64,000 nucleotides of DNA, from contig NC_043006.1 of the NCBI RefSeq assembly GCF_006345805.1, positions 81,964,001-82,028,000 on the forward strand, written 5' to 3'. Source of the stretch: Octopus sinensis (lineage: Eukaryota). The notes beneath the pieces were generated by a model. That model was not told the origin of the DNA and did no database searches. It worked only from the letters and a program-made list of their open reading frames with translations. Of the stretch, positions 1-13,499 are shown in pieces. Within the stretch, counting starts at the first letter, position 1. Every line of letters begins with the position of its first letter. The translations under genes were made by a program, and so were the position numbers.

Positions 1-407
1 CATTCATGAAATACTACAGTTAATATAGCAATTATATATAATACACACACACACACACACACACACCACACCACACACACACACACACATAAACATACAA
101 ACAAACCCACACTGATCCAGTGTGACAGTATAATGAAAGTATTGGCTAAAAAAAAGTTATGTTTTTGATTCAATTTGATTTCATTCTCTATCTTCCGAGG
201 GAATTGTTTTAAGCTTAATTTTTTAAAAATCTAACGTTTGTAGTTAATATAAAGGGACAACAGGGCACAGTAGGGGTAGGACATGAGAGAGAAATGAAAC
301 TGATAATGATAGGGGCAGAAGGGAGCCGTGCATATGGTGAGCAAATTCAAAGAGATGAGAGCAATTTGCCGGCTATGCTGTTGCTGCAGCTGCTGCTGCC
401 GTTGGTA

Positions 408-490
408 ATGATGGTGATGATGATGATGGTGATGATGATGATGGTGATGATGATGATGGTGATGGTGATGATGGTGGTGGTGGTGGTTTC
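408..490. repeat. (GAT/GGT)n microsatellite (similar tracts at 30520-30612 ATT, 50445-50600 AGAT/AGAC, 59840-59910 GAT)
   Basis: Read directly from the sequence. Confidence 0.95.
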
Positions 491-777
491 ATATGTCAAT
501 AGAGATGGGGGACCATCATAATCATCATCGTCGTCATTTAATGTCTATCTTCCATGCTATCTTGGTTTGGACAGTTCAACAGGATCCGGCAAGTCAGAGG
601 ATTGCACTGGTCATGGACAACCAGTGGCTAGCAGGACTTACTGAACGACATTACCTTGAATTTCTTTTTGGTTTATTTTTTTGGTAGTGTGGCCCACCTG
701 ATGATGAGCCATGATTCCCTATACTAAAAAGCTGCTCACACCTGGACAATACCACACCAGGCTCAGATGTCTGCTAT

Positions 778-1152
778 TTACTCTTTTACTTGTTTCAGTC
801 ATTTGACTGTAGCCATGCTGGAGCACCGCCTTTAGTCGAGCAAATCGACTCCACAACTTATTCTTTGTAAGCCTAGTACTTATTCTATCAGTCTCTTTTG
901 CTGAACCACTAATGTTATGGGGACATAAACACACCAGCATCGGTTGTCAAGCGATGTTGGGAGAACAAACACAGACACACAAACACACACACATGATGGG
1001 CTTCTTTCAGTTTCCGTTTACCAAATCCATCCACAAGGCTTTAGTCAGCCCGAAGCTATAGTAGAAGACACTTGCCCAAGGTGCTACGCAGTGGGACTGA
1101 ACCCGGAACTATGTAGTTCGTAAGCAAGCTACTTACCACACAGCGACTCCTA
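778..1152 (-). mobile_element. tRNA-derived SINE family A (~380 bp, central TA/CA tract)
   Basis: Reverse complement of ggagtggctgtgtggtaagtagcttgc...gactgaaacaagtaaaaga. An adjacent copy lies at 1218-1595. Confidence 0.85.
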
Positions 1153-2006
1153 CACTATTGTATGGTTTCTGTGGTTGCATGGTTTCCTAATACCAACAAC
1201 TTTTCTGAGAGTACTTTGTCTTTTACTTGTTTCAGTCATTTGATTATGGCCATGTTGGAGCACCATCTTATTCTTTGTAAGCCTAGTATTTATTCTATTA
1301 GTCTCTTTAACCAAGCCAATAAGTTATAGGAATATAAACACATCAGTTATCAAGCGATGATGGGGTGGAGTGGAATGGGGGACAAACAGACACACAAATA
1401 CATACATACATACATACTTATATATATATATATGATGAGTTTATTTCAGTTTCCGTCTACCAAATCCACTCACAAAGCTTTGATAAGCCCAAGGATATAG
1501 TAGAATACACTTGCCCAAGGTGCCACGCAATGGGACTGAACCTAGAACCATGTGATTGGGAAGCAAGCTTCTTACCACACAGCCACTCCTGTGCCTACTG
1601 GGATGTAATTGAATGTCACAGAGAATTTAATCTGTTACCCAACCTGTTTTGTCAGATCAGCACCATACACAGTATTCAAAAGTTTAATAAAAATCAATAA
1701 AAATTTAATAAAAATTAAATGAATATAACTGAAGCATATTTAAATATATTTACTTTTTATTAATACAGAGCATCTCCAAATATATAAATATATGATATCA
1801 ATATCATCATCTTCATTTTAATGTCAAGTTTTCCATAATTATTAGGTTCAGATACTGATTTTCTATGACTGGATACTCTTCCAGTTACCAACCATCACTA
1901 TTTTCCAAGCTAGGTAATATGTCCCCATAGCTAAACTTGCTTTTCAAGGAAGGTTAAAAATGAACAACAATACTTGTGTAACAGTGGCCATCATATGATG
2001 TCAATA

Positions 2007-2038
<32 letters not shown>

Positions 2039-3884
2039 TGATGGGATTCTTTCATCATTCAAATCCATTCACAAGGCTTTGGTCAGCATGGAGCTACAGT
2101 AGAAGACACTTGCTTAAAGTTCTACATGATGGAAGTGAGCCCAAAATAGCATGGTTAAGAAGCAAGCTCCTGAGCCACACAGCTATGCCTGTGCACATAA
2201 CAAACATGTGCACACACACACACACACACACACACAATTATATATAAAATCATTGGCTAGTTGCAGCAGCTTACTGATTTTGTAAGGCAGTTGCTGAGAT
2301 GACGGAGTAAAAAAAAATGTATGCTTACAACAAGAGGGAAAGAAACTGAACTTCTCATGATTGCTTATTGTAACAGAAAAATAAATATCATAAATCCATG
2401 TCAACTTGAGCTCTCAACCACTGATGAAACCATATGAGCATCACATATATATATATATATACATGCCGTATATATGCCAGCCCGCACAGTCTGTGTAACT
2501 GTATGCCAAATCTCATATCGCTGCAATGATCTGCCTGTGTTATCTCTTAATGTTCACCACTTATCTTTTCTTTCTGTCCACTCTCCTTTGTCCTAGTACA
2601 GTTCTTTGAAAAAATGGTCTTTGTAACACCATTAGGGTTTGCTAAATGGCTGTAGCTAACACCTGAGCTTTTTGTTCTTCATGAAGGAAACCAAAGACCT
2701 ACATACACAGCAAGATATTTTAATCCTCCACTGAGGACAACTTGCATTATAACTGAAAGATTTTATTAGTATTGGTACAAAGCTTCCATCAGTTTTATGC
2801 TAGCAGGAAATTGATATTTTAATAACATACAGCTAATTTTGTATGACATTGAAGAAAAAGTATTCAACATCAAAACAAATCAAAATGCACCAAGTCAGAC
2901 ATATCAGTTGGTGGATTGTTAATTAAATTCAAGATAATGATATGGTTACAACATCAGATGATTACTGAAATTAATATAGTCAGAGATATTCATTTGACAT
3001 ATATATAAATAAATAGATAGAATTTCGATTCATATAGTGAAAGAATTATGAAGAAACCACAGATGTCATAAAGTAAAAATATTACTGTTTTTTGAGCATT
3101 TAAATACTTGTAAACTATTCCATTAAATTGTCAGGGAAAAATTATTTCTAACTTATTTTCACCTGATTAGTTTCCAAACTAAAAAATTTTAGAAAATTCT
3201 TTCTATTGAATTTTTTCTTTTTCTTTTTAACCCAAATGTCAAAATTTGTAATAAAAAATTACAAAATCAAGGAAATTATACTGTACATCAGCCAGCCTCT
3301 ACAAGATTGTTTGACCTGTTGGAAATAGTAACCAAATTCCACTCGAAATACACCTTACTATGTTAAAGAAGGAAGAACAGTCTTGGATACATTGTCTGGA
3401 ATAAGACATGATGACCATCACTAGAATGTTTTGAACCTAGATGTGTTTGATCAGTGCTGACTTAGGACAAGTAAACTACAGCAACAACAACAAACATAAT
3501 TTGTTTAATCATCAGTACAACCAGCCAACCATCTACAACACCATGGATAGCCATATCATACCAGACAACTAGTTGTGAAGTTCACAGTTTGCATCACAAT
3601 TTTATTAAAACCAGTTGAGATTACCTGCATTACTTAACCACATCTAGATTGAAAGTAAGTTCAGCAGTGAGGTAAATGTAAATTAGAGTTTTTAGCTTAC
3701 TCGCAGGCATGACTATGTGGTAAAAAGTCTGTTTTCTAACCTCATAGTTTCAGGCTTAGTCACACAGTGTGGCACTTTGGGCAAGTGTCTTCTACTATAG
3801 TCCTAGGCATGTTGTGTCTTTGAGCAAGACACTTTAGTTCATGTTGCTCCAGTTCACCCAGCTGGCAAAAATGATGGAATCGAT

Positions 3885-4720
3885 CAAAGTTCAGAGAACT
3901 ACTACCTCTGCTCCTGGGCAAAGTTCAGGGAGCTCCTACCTCTGCTGGTGACAAAGGGTTTCTCATTCAGAGTAAAAGGTAGACTGTATGATGCATGTGT
4001 GCGAACAGCCATGCTACATCACATTGAAACATAGGCCATGACTGCTGAGGACATGCATAAGCTTGTAAGGAATAAAGTTAGTTTGATCCGCTGGATATGT
4101 AATGTCAGTGTGTATACATGACAGAGTGTAAGCGCCCTGAGAGAAAAGTTAGACATAAGAAGCATCAGATGTGGTGTGCAAGAGAGATGACTGTGCTAGT
4201 ATGGTTATGTGTTGCATATGGATGAGGACAGCTGTGTGAAAATGTGTCACACCCTAGCAGTAGAAGGAACCTATGAAAGAGGTAGACTCAGGTAGACCCA
4301 GAATGAAATGTTGAAGCACTATCTTCAAACGTTGGGCCTCACCGAGGCAATGTCAAGTGACTGAGACCTTTGGAGATATGCTGTGCTTGAGAAAACCCAG
4401 CAAGACAATTGATACCATAACCATGGCCAATGCCAGTGCAGCATAACCAGCCCAATTAAGAGCACCCTTTAATCATTGGGCAATAAACTGCACTTGCAAA
4501 GACCTGTTGAGGCAAGTGAAGAAGTCATCACGGCCGATGACAGTACTGCCTGTTTAGCACCTGTGCTGGTGGCACATAAAAAGTACCATTCAAATGTGGC
4601 CGATGCCAGTACCACCTGACTGGCACATAAAAAGCACCCACTACACTCTCGGAGTGGTTCGCATTAGGAAGGGCATCCAGCTGTAGAAACATTGCCAGAT
4701 CAGATTGGGAACCTGGTACA
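3885..4720 (+). mobile_element. Degenerate RTE LINE 3' fragment
   Basis: Clear nucleotide similarity to 24720-25630, with stops and a local duplication at 3885-3935. Confidence 0.85.
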
Positions 4721-5334
4721 AGGTCAGATACTTTTTGACATTATATAAGTATAATGTTACTCTTTTTTAGTCTCTGCATATATATATATATATATCTCAA
4801 AGAAAAAGTCAAAGGTCTGTCCCAAGCCATAGGCAATTTCTCAGATTCTGTAGTGTGTATATATTTCTCCCTTGAATGAGACATTGTCCATCTCAAGATT
4901 ACTAGTTTTTTTTTTTTTACTTTTTTTGGACAGGAGCAACATGAAATATGAAGTCTGACAATTATGAATGCAACACTAACAACTAGGCCATATGCTTCTT
5001 CATAGACATAAATGCTGGGGCATACATACATACATACACACATACACACACACACACATTTAGAAAAGCTGAATTTATTGACAATGATTTCCAAGTGACA
5101 CTCTCTGTCATGGCCAATTACTGGCATTGTCAATAAAATTACTTAAAGTTTTTTTGTTTTTTTTTATAGTAGACTTCATATTTATAGTGAATCTTTTCAT
5201 CAGTTGATGTTCACAGTTTTTACACTTATAAAAAGTACTTCAATTATACATATACGCATGCACGCACACAAGCATACACGCACACGCATGTGTGTATGCA
5301 TGTGTATTTATATGTATGTGTGTGTGAGTGTATG

Positions 5335-5339
<5 letters not shown>

Positions 5340-5369
<30 letters not shown>

Positions 5370-5493
5370 AAATATATGTGTGTGTGTGTATAAATATATA
5401 TGTGTGTGTATGTATAAATATATATATATATGATAAAATATATATATATATATATATATATAAATATATATATATTATAAATATATTATATAT

Positions 5494-5527
<34 letters not shown>

Positions 5528-5634
5528 AATATATATATATATAATATATATAAATATATCTATATATATATATAATACATATATATATATATATATATAT
5601 AAATATATATATATATTATATAAAATATATATAT

Positions 5635-5669
<35 letters not shown>

Positions 5670-5730
5670 AATATATAATATATATATAAATATATTATAT
5701 ATATATATATATAAATATATATATATTAAT

Positions 5731-5762
<32 letters not shown>

Positions 5763-5925
5763 ATATTATATATATATATATATAAATATATATTATATAT
5801 ATATAATATATATATATTATATATAAATATATAGATATATATATATAATATAATATATATATATATTATATATATATATAATATATATTATATATATAAT
5901 ATATATATAAATATATATGTATATT
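5340..5925. repeat. Long interrupted (TA)n array
   Basis: About 550 bp that are almost entirely A/T. Confidence 0.95.
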
Positions 5926-6678
5926 ACTTCCCTACCACATGGTTCCAGGTTCCATCCCACTGCATGACATCTTGGGCAATGTCTTCTACTATAGCCTCAG
6001 GCCAGCCAAAGTCTTGTGAGTGAATTTGGTAGACAGAAACTGAAAGAAGCCCATCATATATATATATACACATATGTGTGTGTGTGTCCCTTCATCACCA
6101 CTTGACAATGACCTGTGTTGGCGTGTTTAAGTTCCTGTAAATCAGCAGTTCAGTAAAAGAGACCAAAAGAATAAGTACTAGGGTTAAAATAAAGAAACAA
6201 GTGCTGGGATTGATTTATTTTACTAAAGCCCCTCAAGGCGGTGCTCCATCATGGCCGCAGTCAAATGACTGAAACAAGTAAAAGAATAAAAGTATATATA
6301 TATCAGGACTGTCTGTGAGGTAAGTAGCTTACTTACCAACCACATGGCTCTGGGTTCAGTCCCACTGCATGGCACCTTTGGCAAATGTCTTCTACCGACC
6401 AAAGCCTAGTGAATGGATTTGGTAGACAGAAACTAAAAGCCTATTGTGTATATATATATATATGTATGTATATGTTTGTGGCTGTGTTTGTCTCCCCACC
6501 ATTGCTTGACAACCGATGTTGGAATCTTTATGTCCCTGAAACTTAGAAGTTCAGCAAAAGAGACCGATAGAATAAGTACTAGGCATACAAAAAAATAAGT
6601 CCTGGAGTCGATTTGCTCAGCTAAAGGCAGTGCCCCAGCATGGCTGCAGTCAAATAACTGAAACAAATAAAAGAAAAG
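5925..6678 (+). mobile_element. Two tandem SINE family A copies (5925-6295, 6312-6678)
   Basis: Head, ccttgggcaa..tcttctactatagcc core and tail are recognisable in both copies. Confidence 0.8.
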
Positions 6679-8043
6679 ACATACATATATTTACACACAC
6701 CTACACATATAAATACACACACCCACACACACCCACATATGCAAATATTACAAACATAAGACTCTGCTAATAGAGAAATTATGTTAAAAATAAACTATTT
6801 AATGCATGAGGAGATTGTAGACAGTATATTTTACCTACTTCAGATTGTTGATCAAGATTACATCAATTAAAGACATAAATACATACTAATAAACAACTTG
6901 TATCCACCATTTGTCAGCCAGAGCAGCAAATTAAACTTACAAAGTCCCTACTTTCATTCATTGCTGCTTACACATACATAAGTCACACGCAGACACATAC
7001 AAGCACAAGTTTACAGGGAACCTCTGGGTGGTCATGTGGCCTGCTTGAAATGGTAGCCAAATCCTCCTCATCCCTTAAATCACATCTTACATATAAAAAA
7101 ACGGTACACTTGATAATGTGGATTGAGGTCCCCTACATGTATAAAAGGGATGGTTTGTTAGATCTGGGGCTAGATAACATTACCAACCAATCAACCAGCC
7201 AAGCATTGCTGCTACACACTATCGGCATTGTTATACACAACGTGTGTGGTGTGTGTGTGTGTGTTTGTGTATGTGTGTGTATGTGTGTGTGTGTGTGTAT
7301 TTGTGTGTATGTGTGTATGTGTATATGTGTGTGTGTGTGTGTTTGTGTGTGTGTGCATATACATATATAATATAAGGTACATGACCAAGTGGTTAAAGTG
7401 TGAATGTGCATGGCTTAGTGGTAGGGTATTCCACTCATGATTATAAGTTTATGAGTTCAATTCTTGATGCCACGTTGAGTCCTCAAGCAAGACATTTTAT
7501 TTCTTGTTGCTCCAGTGCATTCAGCTGGCAAAAATGAGTTCTGTCTCATTTCAAAGGGCTAGCCTTGTCACATTCTGTGTCTCACTGAATTTCTCCGAAA
7601 ACTACATTCAGCATACATGTCTGTGGAGTCCTTAGCCGCTTGCACATTAATTTCATGAACAGGCTGTTCTGATGATCAGATCACCTGGAACCCTTGTCAT
7701 CATAACCAACAGAGTGCCAGTAGAGTGTTACACACCTGATCAAAAGATCATGGTTTTGATTGCCAGATTGGAGCAAAACACTTAATTTTTACATTGCTCC
7801 AGTCCACTCTGCTGTAGATGAGTAACCCTGTGACAGATTGGTATCCTATTCAGAGAAAATGTTGGCCAACCTACCTAGTGAGTGGAGTGGTATCATTTAA
7901 ATGGTAAAGGGTAAGCACCCGCTTCAGTCATAAATGACCATAGAATTGCACCTAGAACGTTCCCGTCTGAGGCACAAGTCTGGGCAAGGTTGTTTATGGA
8001 AGACTGGCAGTCATCATGCATACAAGTCTCCCTTCTCCACACT

Positions 8044-8200
8044 CACCAGTAAAATTTCCACTTTATTTCTTATTTTCCTAAAATTTTCGTTGTGTTTTGC
8101 AACCTTTTCAATAGAGAGTCAAGACTATTGAAAAGGTTGCAAGACGCAGCGAAAATTTTAGGAAAATAAAAATAAGTAATAAGTGGAAATTTTACAGGTG
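8044..8200. repeat. Imperfect foldback, ~70-bp arms with a 10-nt loop
   Basis: caccagtaaaatttccac...cttttcaatag / ctattgaaaagg...gtggaaattttacaggtg. Confidence 0.85.
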
Positions 8201-8279
8201 AATGTGTTAAATTATAAGGCACAAAAAAAATTACTCTCCCCAGACACAACAGTATATATATATATCAGAGTAAGCACAT

Positions 8280-8408
8280 AAATGTGAAACAAGGTAGAAA
8301 AAAGAGTACTCAAATACCAGGGGTAGAGTAATATGCTTTATTTAAAACCAGCAGAAATATTTCAAAATCTGTTACTCAGAGTTTCACGTTCCCATTCGTC
8401 GGACAGTA
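8280..8408 (-). mobile_element. Penelope-like element terminal (pLTR-type) remnant
   Basis: Hammerhead-like motif followed by AATAAA and a tactct...gtatttgagtac tail that resembles 21480-21530. Confidence 0.55.
8369..8406 (-). ncRNA. Minimal type I hammerhead-like motif with a CC core variant
   Basis: Minus strand reads CTGT-CCGACGA-ATG(GGAA)CGT-GAAA-CTC(T)GAG-TA-ACAG. Stem I is 4 bp, stem II has a GNRA loop, and stem III is self-complementary. Confidence 0.65.
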
Positions 8409-8929
8409 CATATATATAGATACTTGAATACATATATATATATATCATTGGTTTGGTTTTGACTGGACAAAGGAGATATGCACATTGCCCTGAAAGGTCA
8501 CCTTTGACTTGAAAGGTACACACCAATTAAACTCAACCTGCCCATGAACATTATTGTTATGATTACAGTCTATTAAATATATATGCATACAGCACCTATT
8601 ATTGAATGCCATAGCAGTTTTTTCATCAGGGAAAACCTTTTGCACCATCATAATAAATAATTGGCTTCTCACCAGTAACTCACCACACCTCTGCCTCATT
8701 AACAAGGCTTTAATCACATTAATAAATGAATAAATGAATGATTTAGTACTAATATCATCCATTACACTCATACACCTACAAAAGCGACCATACATACATC
8801 AGTTAGTAGATACTTGTGAACTTATATGTATATTAGTATATTTATGAAAAACATATAATTATGTTATTAGCATATATATATATATATGTTGAGTCAAGTA
8901 GAATCAATATTGTAGCTGGGGTGGGTGCC

Positions 8930-9625
8930 CCCTGGCTGGCTCTCATGCAGATGGCACGTATAAAGTACTATCTGAGCGTGGTCGATGCCAGGTCCACTTG
9001 ACTGCACTTGTGCTGGTGGTACATAGGCGGTGAGCTGGCGGAAACGTTAGCACGCCGGGCGAAATGCGTAGCCGTATTTCATCTGCCGCTACGTTCTGAG
9101 TTCAAATTCCGCTGAGGTCGACTTTGTCTTTCATCCTTTCGGGGTCGATTAAGTAAGTACCAGTTATGCACTGGGGTCGATATAATCGACTTAATCCGTT
9201 TGTCTGTCCTTGTTTGTCCCCTCTATGTTTAGCCCCTTGTGGGTAGTAAAGAAATAGGTACATAAAAAGCACCATCTGAATGTGTTCATTGCCAGGCTTG
9301 CCTTACTGGCTCCGGTGCTGGTGGCATGTAAAAAGCACCAACCGACTGTGACAGATGCCAGTACCCATTGACTGGCTCTTGTGCCAGTGACATGTAAAAA
9401 GCACCATCCGAATGTGATCGTCACCAGGCTCGCCTTACTGGCTCCTGTGCTGGTGGCACATAAAAAGCACCCACTACACTCTCAGTGTGGTTGGCATTTG
9501 GAAGGGCATCCAGCTGTAGAAACTCTGTCAGACCAGATTGGAGCTTGGTGCAGCTGCTGGCTCTCCAGATCTCAGTCAAACTGTCCAAACAAAGCCAGCA
9601 TGGAAAACGGATGATGATGATGATG
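8930..9625 (+). mobile_element. RTE 3' UTR remnant interrupted by a SINE
   Basis: Repeat modules, gaagggcatccagctgtagaaac and (GAT)n tail. Confidence 0.8.
9026..9256 (+). mobile_element. SINE family B (~230 bp) with 8-bp TSD
   Basis: ggcggtgagctggc...gtaaagaaata, flanked by ggtacata at 9018-9025 and 9257-9264. Confidence 0.88.
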
Positions 9626-10300
9626 ATGATATGTATATACATACTAATAACATAATTATATATATATATATATATATATCTTTCAAAATATAAATGGCAA
9701 GTGATTAATAAATAAGCACAGTTGTAGCTGTGCTGTGAGTTAAAAGGTGCATTTTGCATGTGGTTTTGAGTTCAATTTCATAGCACAACACTTTGGAGAG
9801 ATGTTTTCAACAATATAACTCTGGGCCAGGTCTGCATCACTACCAATTTCATAAATGTAAATATATCCTGCATAGCTTAAAATTTGATAGACAAACATTT
9901 ACAACTATAAAACTTGTATACATGAATGAATCCATCAGACTACACACATACACACACAGAGCATGCAACCTGAATTTAATTTGTTAATGCAGGTGTAGCT
10001 TCATATGCACTGTTGGTGTGATTGTGTGACTCAGAATCTTGCCTCTCAACCACGTGGCCTTAGATTTAGTCGCACTGCACGGTACCTTGGGCAAGTGTCT
10101 TCTACTATAGCCCAGGGCCAATCAAAACCTTGTGAGTGGATTTGGTAAGCAGAAACTGAAAAAAACAATTATATATATTTGTGTGTGTGTGTGTTTGTGT
10201 ATGTGTGTGTGTGTGTGTGTGTTGGTGTTGTTTGTTCCCCACCACCGCTTGATGTAACTTAGTGTCTTGACAATAGGAACCAATAGAATAAGTGCCAGGC

Positions 10301-10533
10301 TTAACCCTCTAGCATTTAAACCAGCCATATCCACCCCAAATATTCTATCTGTTCTATATTCAAACTGGTAAAATCCAGCCTCTCACACATAGCCTACAAT
10401 GTCACTCAAAACACAAACAATCGCATCATCGAAATCTTGAGGCTACAAGATAACACATGATTAATTCAAAACAATGTAAATAAATATATAAATATAATAT
10501 TTGACAAGAGTAAACTGAAAGCTAAAAGGTTAA
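10301..10533. mobile_element. piggyBac-type MITE (other copies at 13265-13480, 27739-27874, 57063-57289, partial 36775-36910)
   Basis: TTAA-CCCT...A(A/G)GG-TTAA ends and a shared ~230-bp internal sequence. Confidence 0.75.
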
Positions 10534-10744
10534 AGAATAAAAAAGAAAATACTGCAGTTGATTTGTTCAACAAAACCTTTTAAGAGAAAGTTCAAAACAT
10601 GGCTACCATCCCGTGACTGAAACAAACTAAAGATAAAAGGGAGCACCACCTGAAACACAGTTGATCCCTAAACTTGTGGACCGTCTTCAATAATTTTAAT
10701 AAATTACATACATGTTATGCAATAATGTTACTACTATAGTGTAG

Positions 10745-11092
10745 TGAAGGTGCATGGTTCAGTGGTTAGAGTGTTTGGCTCAAAATCATGAGGTAGTGAG
10801 TTTGATTCCCAGACTGGGTTGAGTGCTGTGTTCTTGAGCAAGACACTTTATTTCACATTGCTCAAGTTCACTCAGTTGTAGAAATGAGTTGCGATGTCAC
10901 TGGTGCCAAGCTGTATCACCCTTTGCCTTTCCTTGGATAACATCGGTGGCATGGAGAGGGGATGCTGATATGCATGGGCAACTGTTGGCCTTCCATAAAC
11001 AACCTTGCCTGGACTTGTGCCTTGGAGGAGAACTTTCTAGGTGCAATCCCATGGTCATTCATGACCAAAGGGGGTCCTTACCTTTACCCTTA
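10745..11092 (+). mobile_element. tRNA-headed SINE family C with CORE-like central block (other copies at 7400-7720 +, 17155-17480 -, 39510-39760 -, 41055-41260 -, 46870-47200 -)
   Basis: A/B-box-like head, then ttgagcaagacactttatttcacattgctc..ttcactcag. Two alternative tails occur among the copies. Confidence 0.75.
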
Positions 11093-11499
11093 TAGTACAG
11101 CTTAGCATAAATCTAAATTCTTAGCTGGTGTCACATGTACTATTGTTGTAGCAACAACATCATTATTTTACATCTGCTTTTCTACGATGGCATGGGTTAG
11201 ACTGGTCATCATGAACCTAGCCAGTTTCTGCTCTCCTAGAAAGACCAGACTTACTGTCTCACTCATTCATTTCATTTTTTTTTTTAGTTTGGCATAGTTT
11301 CTACAACTAGGTGTCTTTACTGTCACTAATTTCTCAAGAGGGTGTACTAGAAGCACTTTATTATTATCATGTACTTCCCCTTCACTCCTAACTAACCTAT
11401 TAAAAAAATTGATTAATAACTACCCCCATATAATTATTTTATCCTCTGTCTTATCACTACATCCATCTCCATTACAGAACACTCATTATGGGACAACAA

Positions 11500-11698
11500 G
11501 GGAGCCTCAATATGATCCCTTGATCATTTAGAAATAACAACCTAATTCCCTCATATCATAACTTAGAAGAGGACATTGGATGATATGGTTTTGGATTCCC
11601 TGCATGTAAGAAAAAGACAGGATGGTCATGAATGGAATGGTTTTGATCACAAATCTGCTCAATCAAGGCTGACCTGGGGCTGAACAACAATAACAATA
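11500..11698 (+). mobile_element. Repeat family D (~200 bp, no tRNA head, (CAA)n tail; other copies near 3290, 7020, 23225, 28020, 28660, 32265, 32510, 33350, 49380)
   Basis: Shared gagcctc..catggtcact.gacctgctagaaatagcagccaaat head and gatcagggctgacctggggctaaacaacaac tail. Confidence 0.7.
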
Positions 11699-13499
11699 CT
11701 TCACTTAGATAACAAGTGGGTTGATCAATTTCTTGTAAGACTGCTCATTGCTATTTGCCACTTTCTCTCTCTCTTTCTCTCCCCTTCTCTTTATCTCTCT
11801 ACTTATCTATCTCTTCATTACATTTGACATTAGAAGAGTTGACTCCATGCCAAGCTGCTCAAGAGACTTCCCTATCTCTGCAGCACCTGCTGTTTTCACT
11901 GTTTGTACAGTGTGTACAGTTCCTATATATTTACTTTCTGCAGCATCTTATACTAAAACCTATAAGATTATAACTTTTCAGATTAATAACCTCAACTTCA
12001 GACAAGAAAATTGTCATCGTCACTTTAACATCTACATTTTCTGTGGAATCATGGTTGAAGCAGAATTTGTTGAGGCAGACTTTGTACAGCTTGATGCTCT
12101 TCTTATCTCCAACATTCACACGCTTCCAAGCAAGATAATATCTCCCCATCACTAAACATCACAAAAGGCTAGAAATGAGGGGCTCAGCTGCTGTGATGGT
12201 GATACTTGTTTATAACTAACTCTTGATGTCAAGAAAAGAAGACATATGCATATGCACACAGAACACATGTAATGGGTCGTTATGTGGATGATGTTGGTGA
12301 TGTTGACTCTGTGAAATAAAGACAGTGGCCAAAGTTATGAACAAATATTTCATTTAACCATTACATGTGATCAATACTTAACCACAATGGGTAGATGATA
12401 ATATCAACAATGAGAGCAGATCTGTATAAACAAGAGTGTTGTATTTCATTGCCTGACACTGTATGGCCTTAAGTTCTATGCTGCCTGATCCTGTCAATCT
12501 AGTACTAAGGAGATTGATCGAGTAATGTCACCAAAGGTGGAAAGCTGGGAGAGTAAGGAAAGCAAGTGACTTGGTCATTGTGCAGGACAGCCCTGCTGTT
12601 GTAATCTCTACTGGTCTGCTTTCTGCTCATCCTCTGACCTGCTTCTGGTTGTCTCTTTTCACCAACTCCTTTTTTTCTTTACAGAATTCTAGTACTTATA
12701 ACTATGAAGACTAGCTAGAAAGAGAGATGTATTGTTGAGAACAATGGGTAGTTTCATGTAGATCATTCTTATCTAAATTCAACTTTACACAGCATAAAAG
12801 AGGTTAAGAGTCAAATGGAAAAGCTATAAACTGACTCGGCAAAACCATGTGTTGAACAAAACTCTTATCAACTTCCATTTTTCTGTGAGAAAAATGCTGT
12901 TGAAATGTTAGGCGAAATTTGCAGATTCAGGATCAAATCTACTCTATGCCCAAATGAAGTCATTTCACATACACACACACAGATACGTATATGATAAGCT
13001 TCTTCCAGTCATCCTCAACTGAATCTACCCACAAGGCTTAGTAGATTATAGTAGAAGACACTTGCCCAAGGTACTACAAAGTGGGACTAAGCCCAAAACT
13101 ATGTGCTTAGAAGCATTTCCTGTTTTAAAGTGATCTAAATTAAAAATCTTCCATCAAACTTTCATAATAATTTATGTTTCAAACCCCAGATTTGAAGTGA
13201 CAAAGTGACAAATTCTGTATTATTTTCAAAATTAATTGAATCAATGACGGAGCATTTCAACAGAAATGCATTCAGATTACTCTGTCAAATTTAATATTTA
13301 TTTATATTTTTTTGAATGAATCCTGCATTATCTTTTAGCTTTCAGATTTCAACAATGTAATTGCATATTTTTAAAATGACATTATAGGGTATATGTAAGA
13401 GGTCAGACCTTGACACCTTCAACACAAAACATGTGGAATATTTGGGCCAGATATGGCCGGTTTAAATGCTAAAGGGTTAAGCAACACCAATATTATTAA

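Noticed and set aside
699-760. Other CTGANGA hits (699, 2421, 14136, 55255; minus strand 3517, 8623, 14275, 63517) considered as hammerheads
   Set aside because: None has a stem II followed by GAAA with matching stems I and III.
5378-5575. Many [20 protein letters not shown] ORFs across the track
   Set aside because: They are translations of TA, CA, GAT and ATT microsatellites.
8445-8795. 116-aa minus-strand ORF
   Set aside because: No recognisable family, no convincing splice sites, and no similarity to ACER3.
11931-12152. Minus-strand ORF MMGRYYLAWKRVNVGDKKSIKLYKVCLNKF
   Set aside because: The nucleotide sequence is a decayed RTE-type tail. The same tctgcctcaacaaattctg occurs at ~53517.
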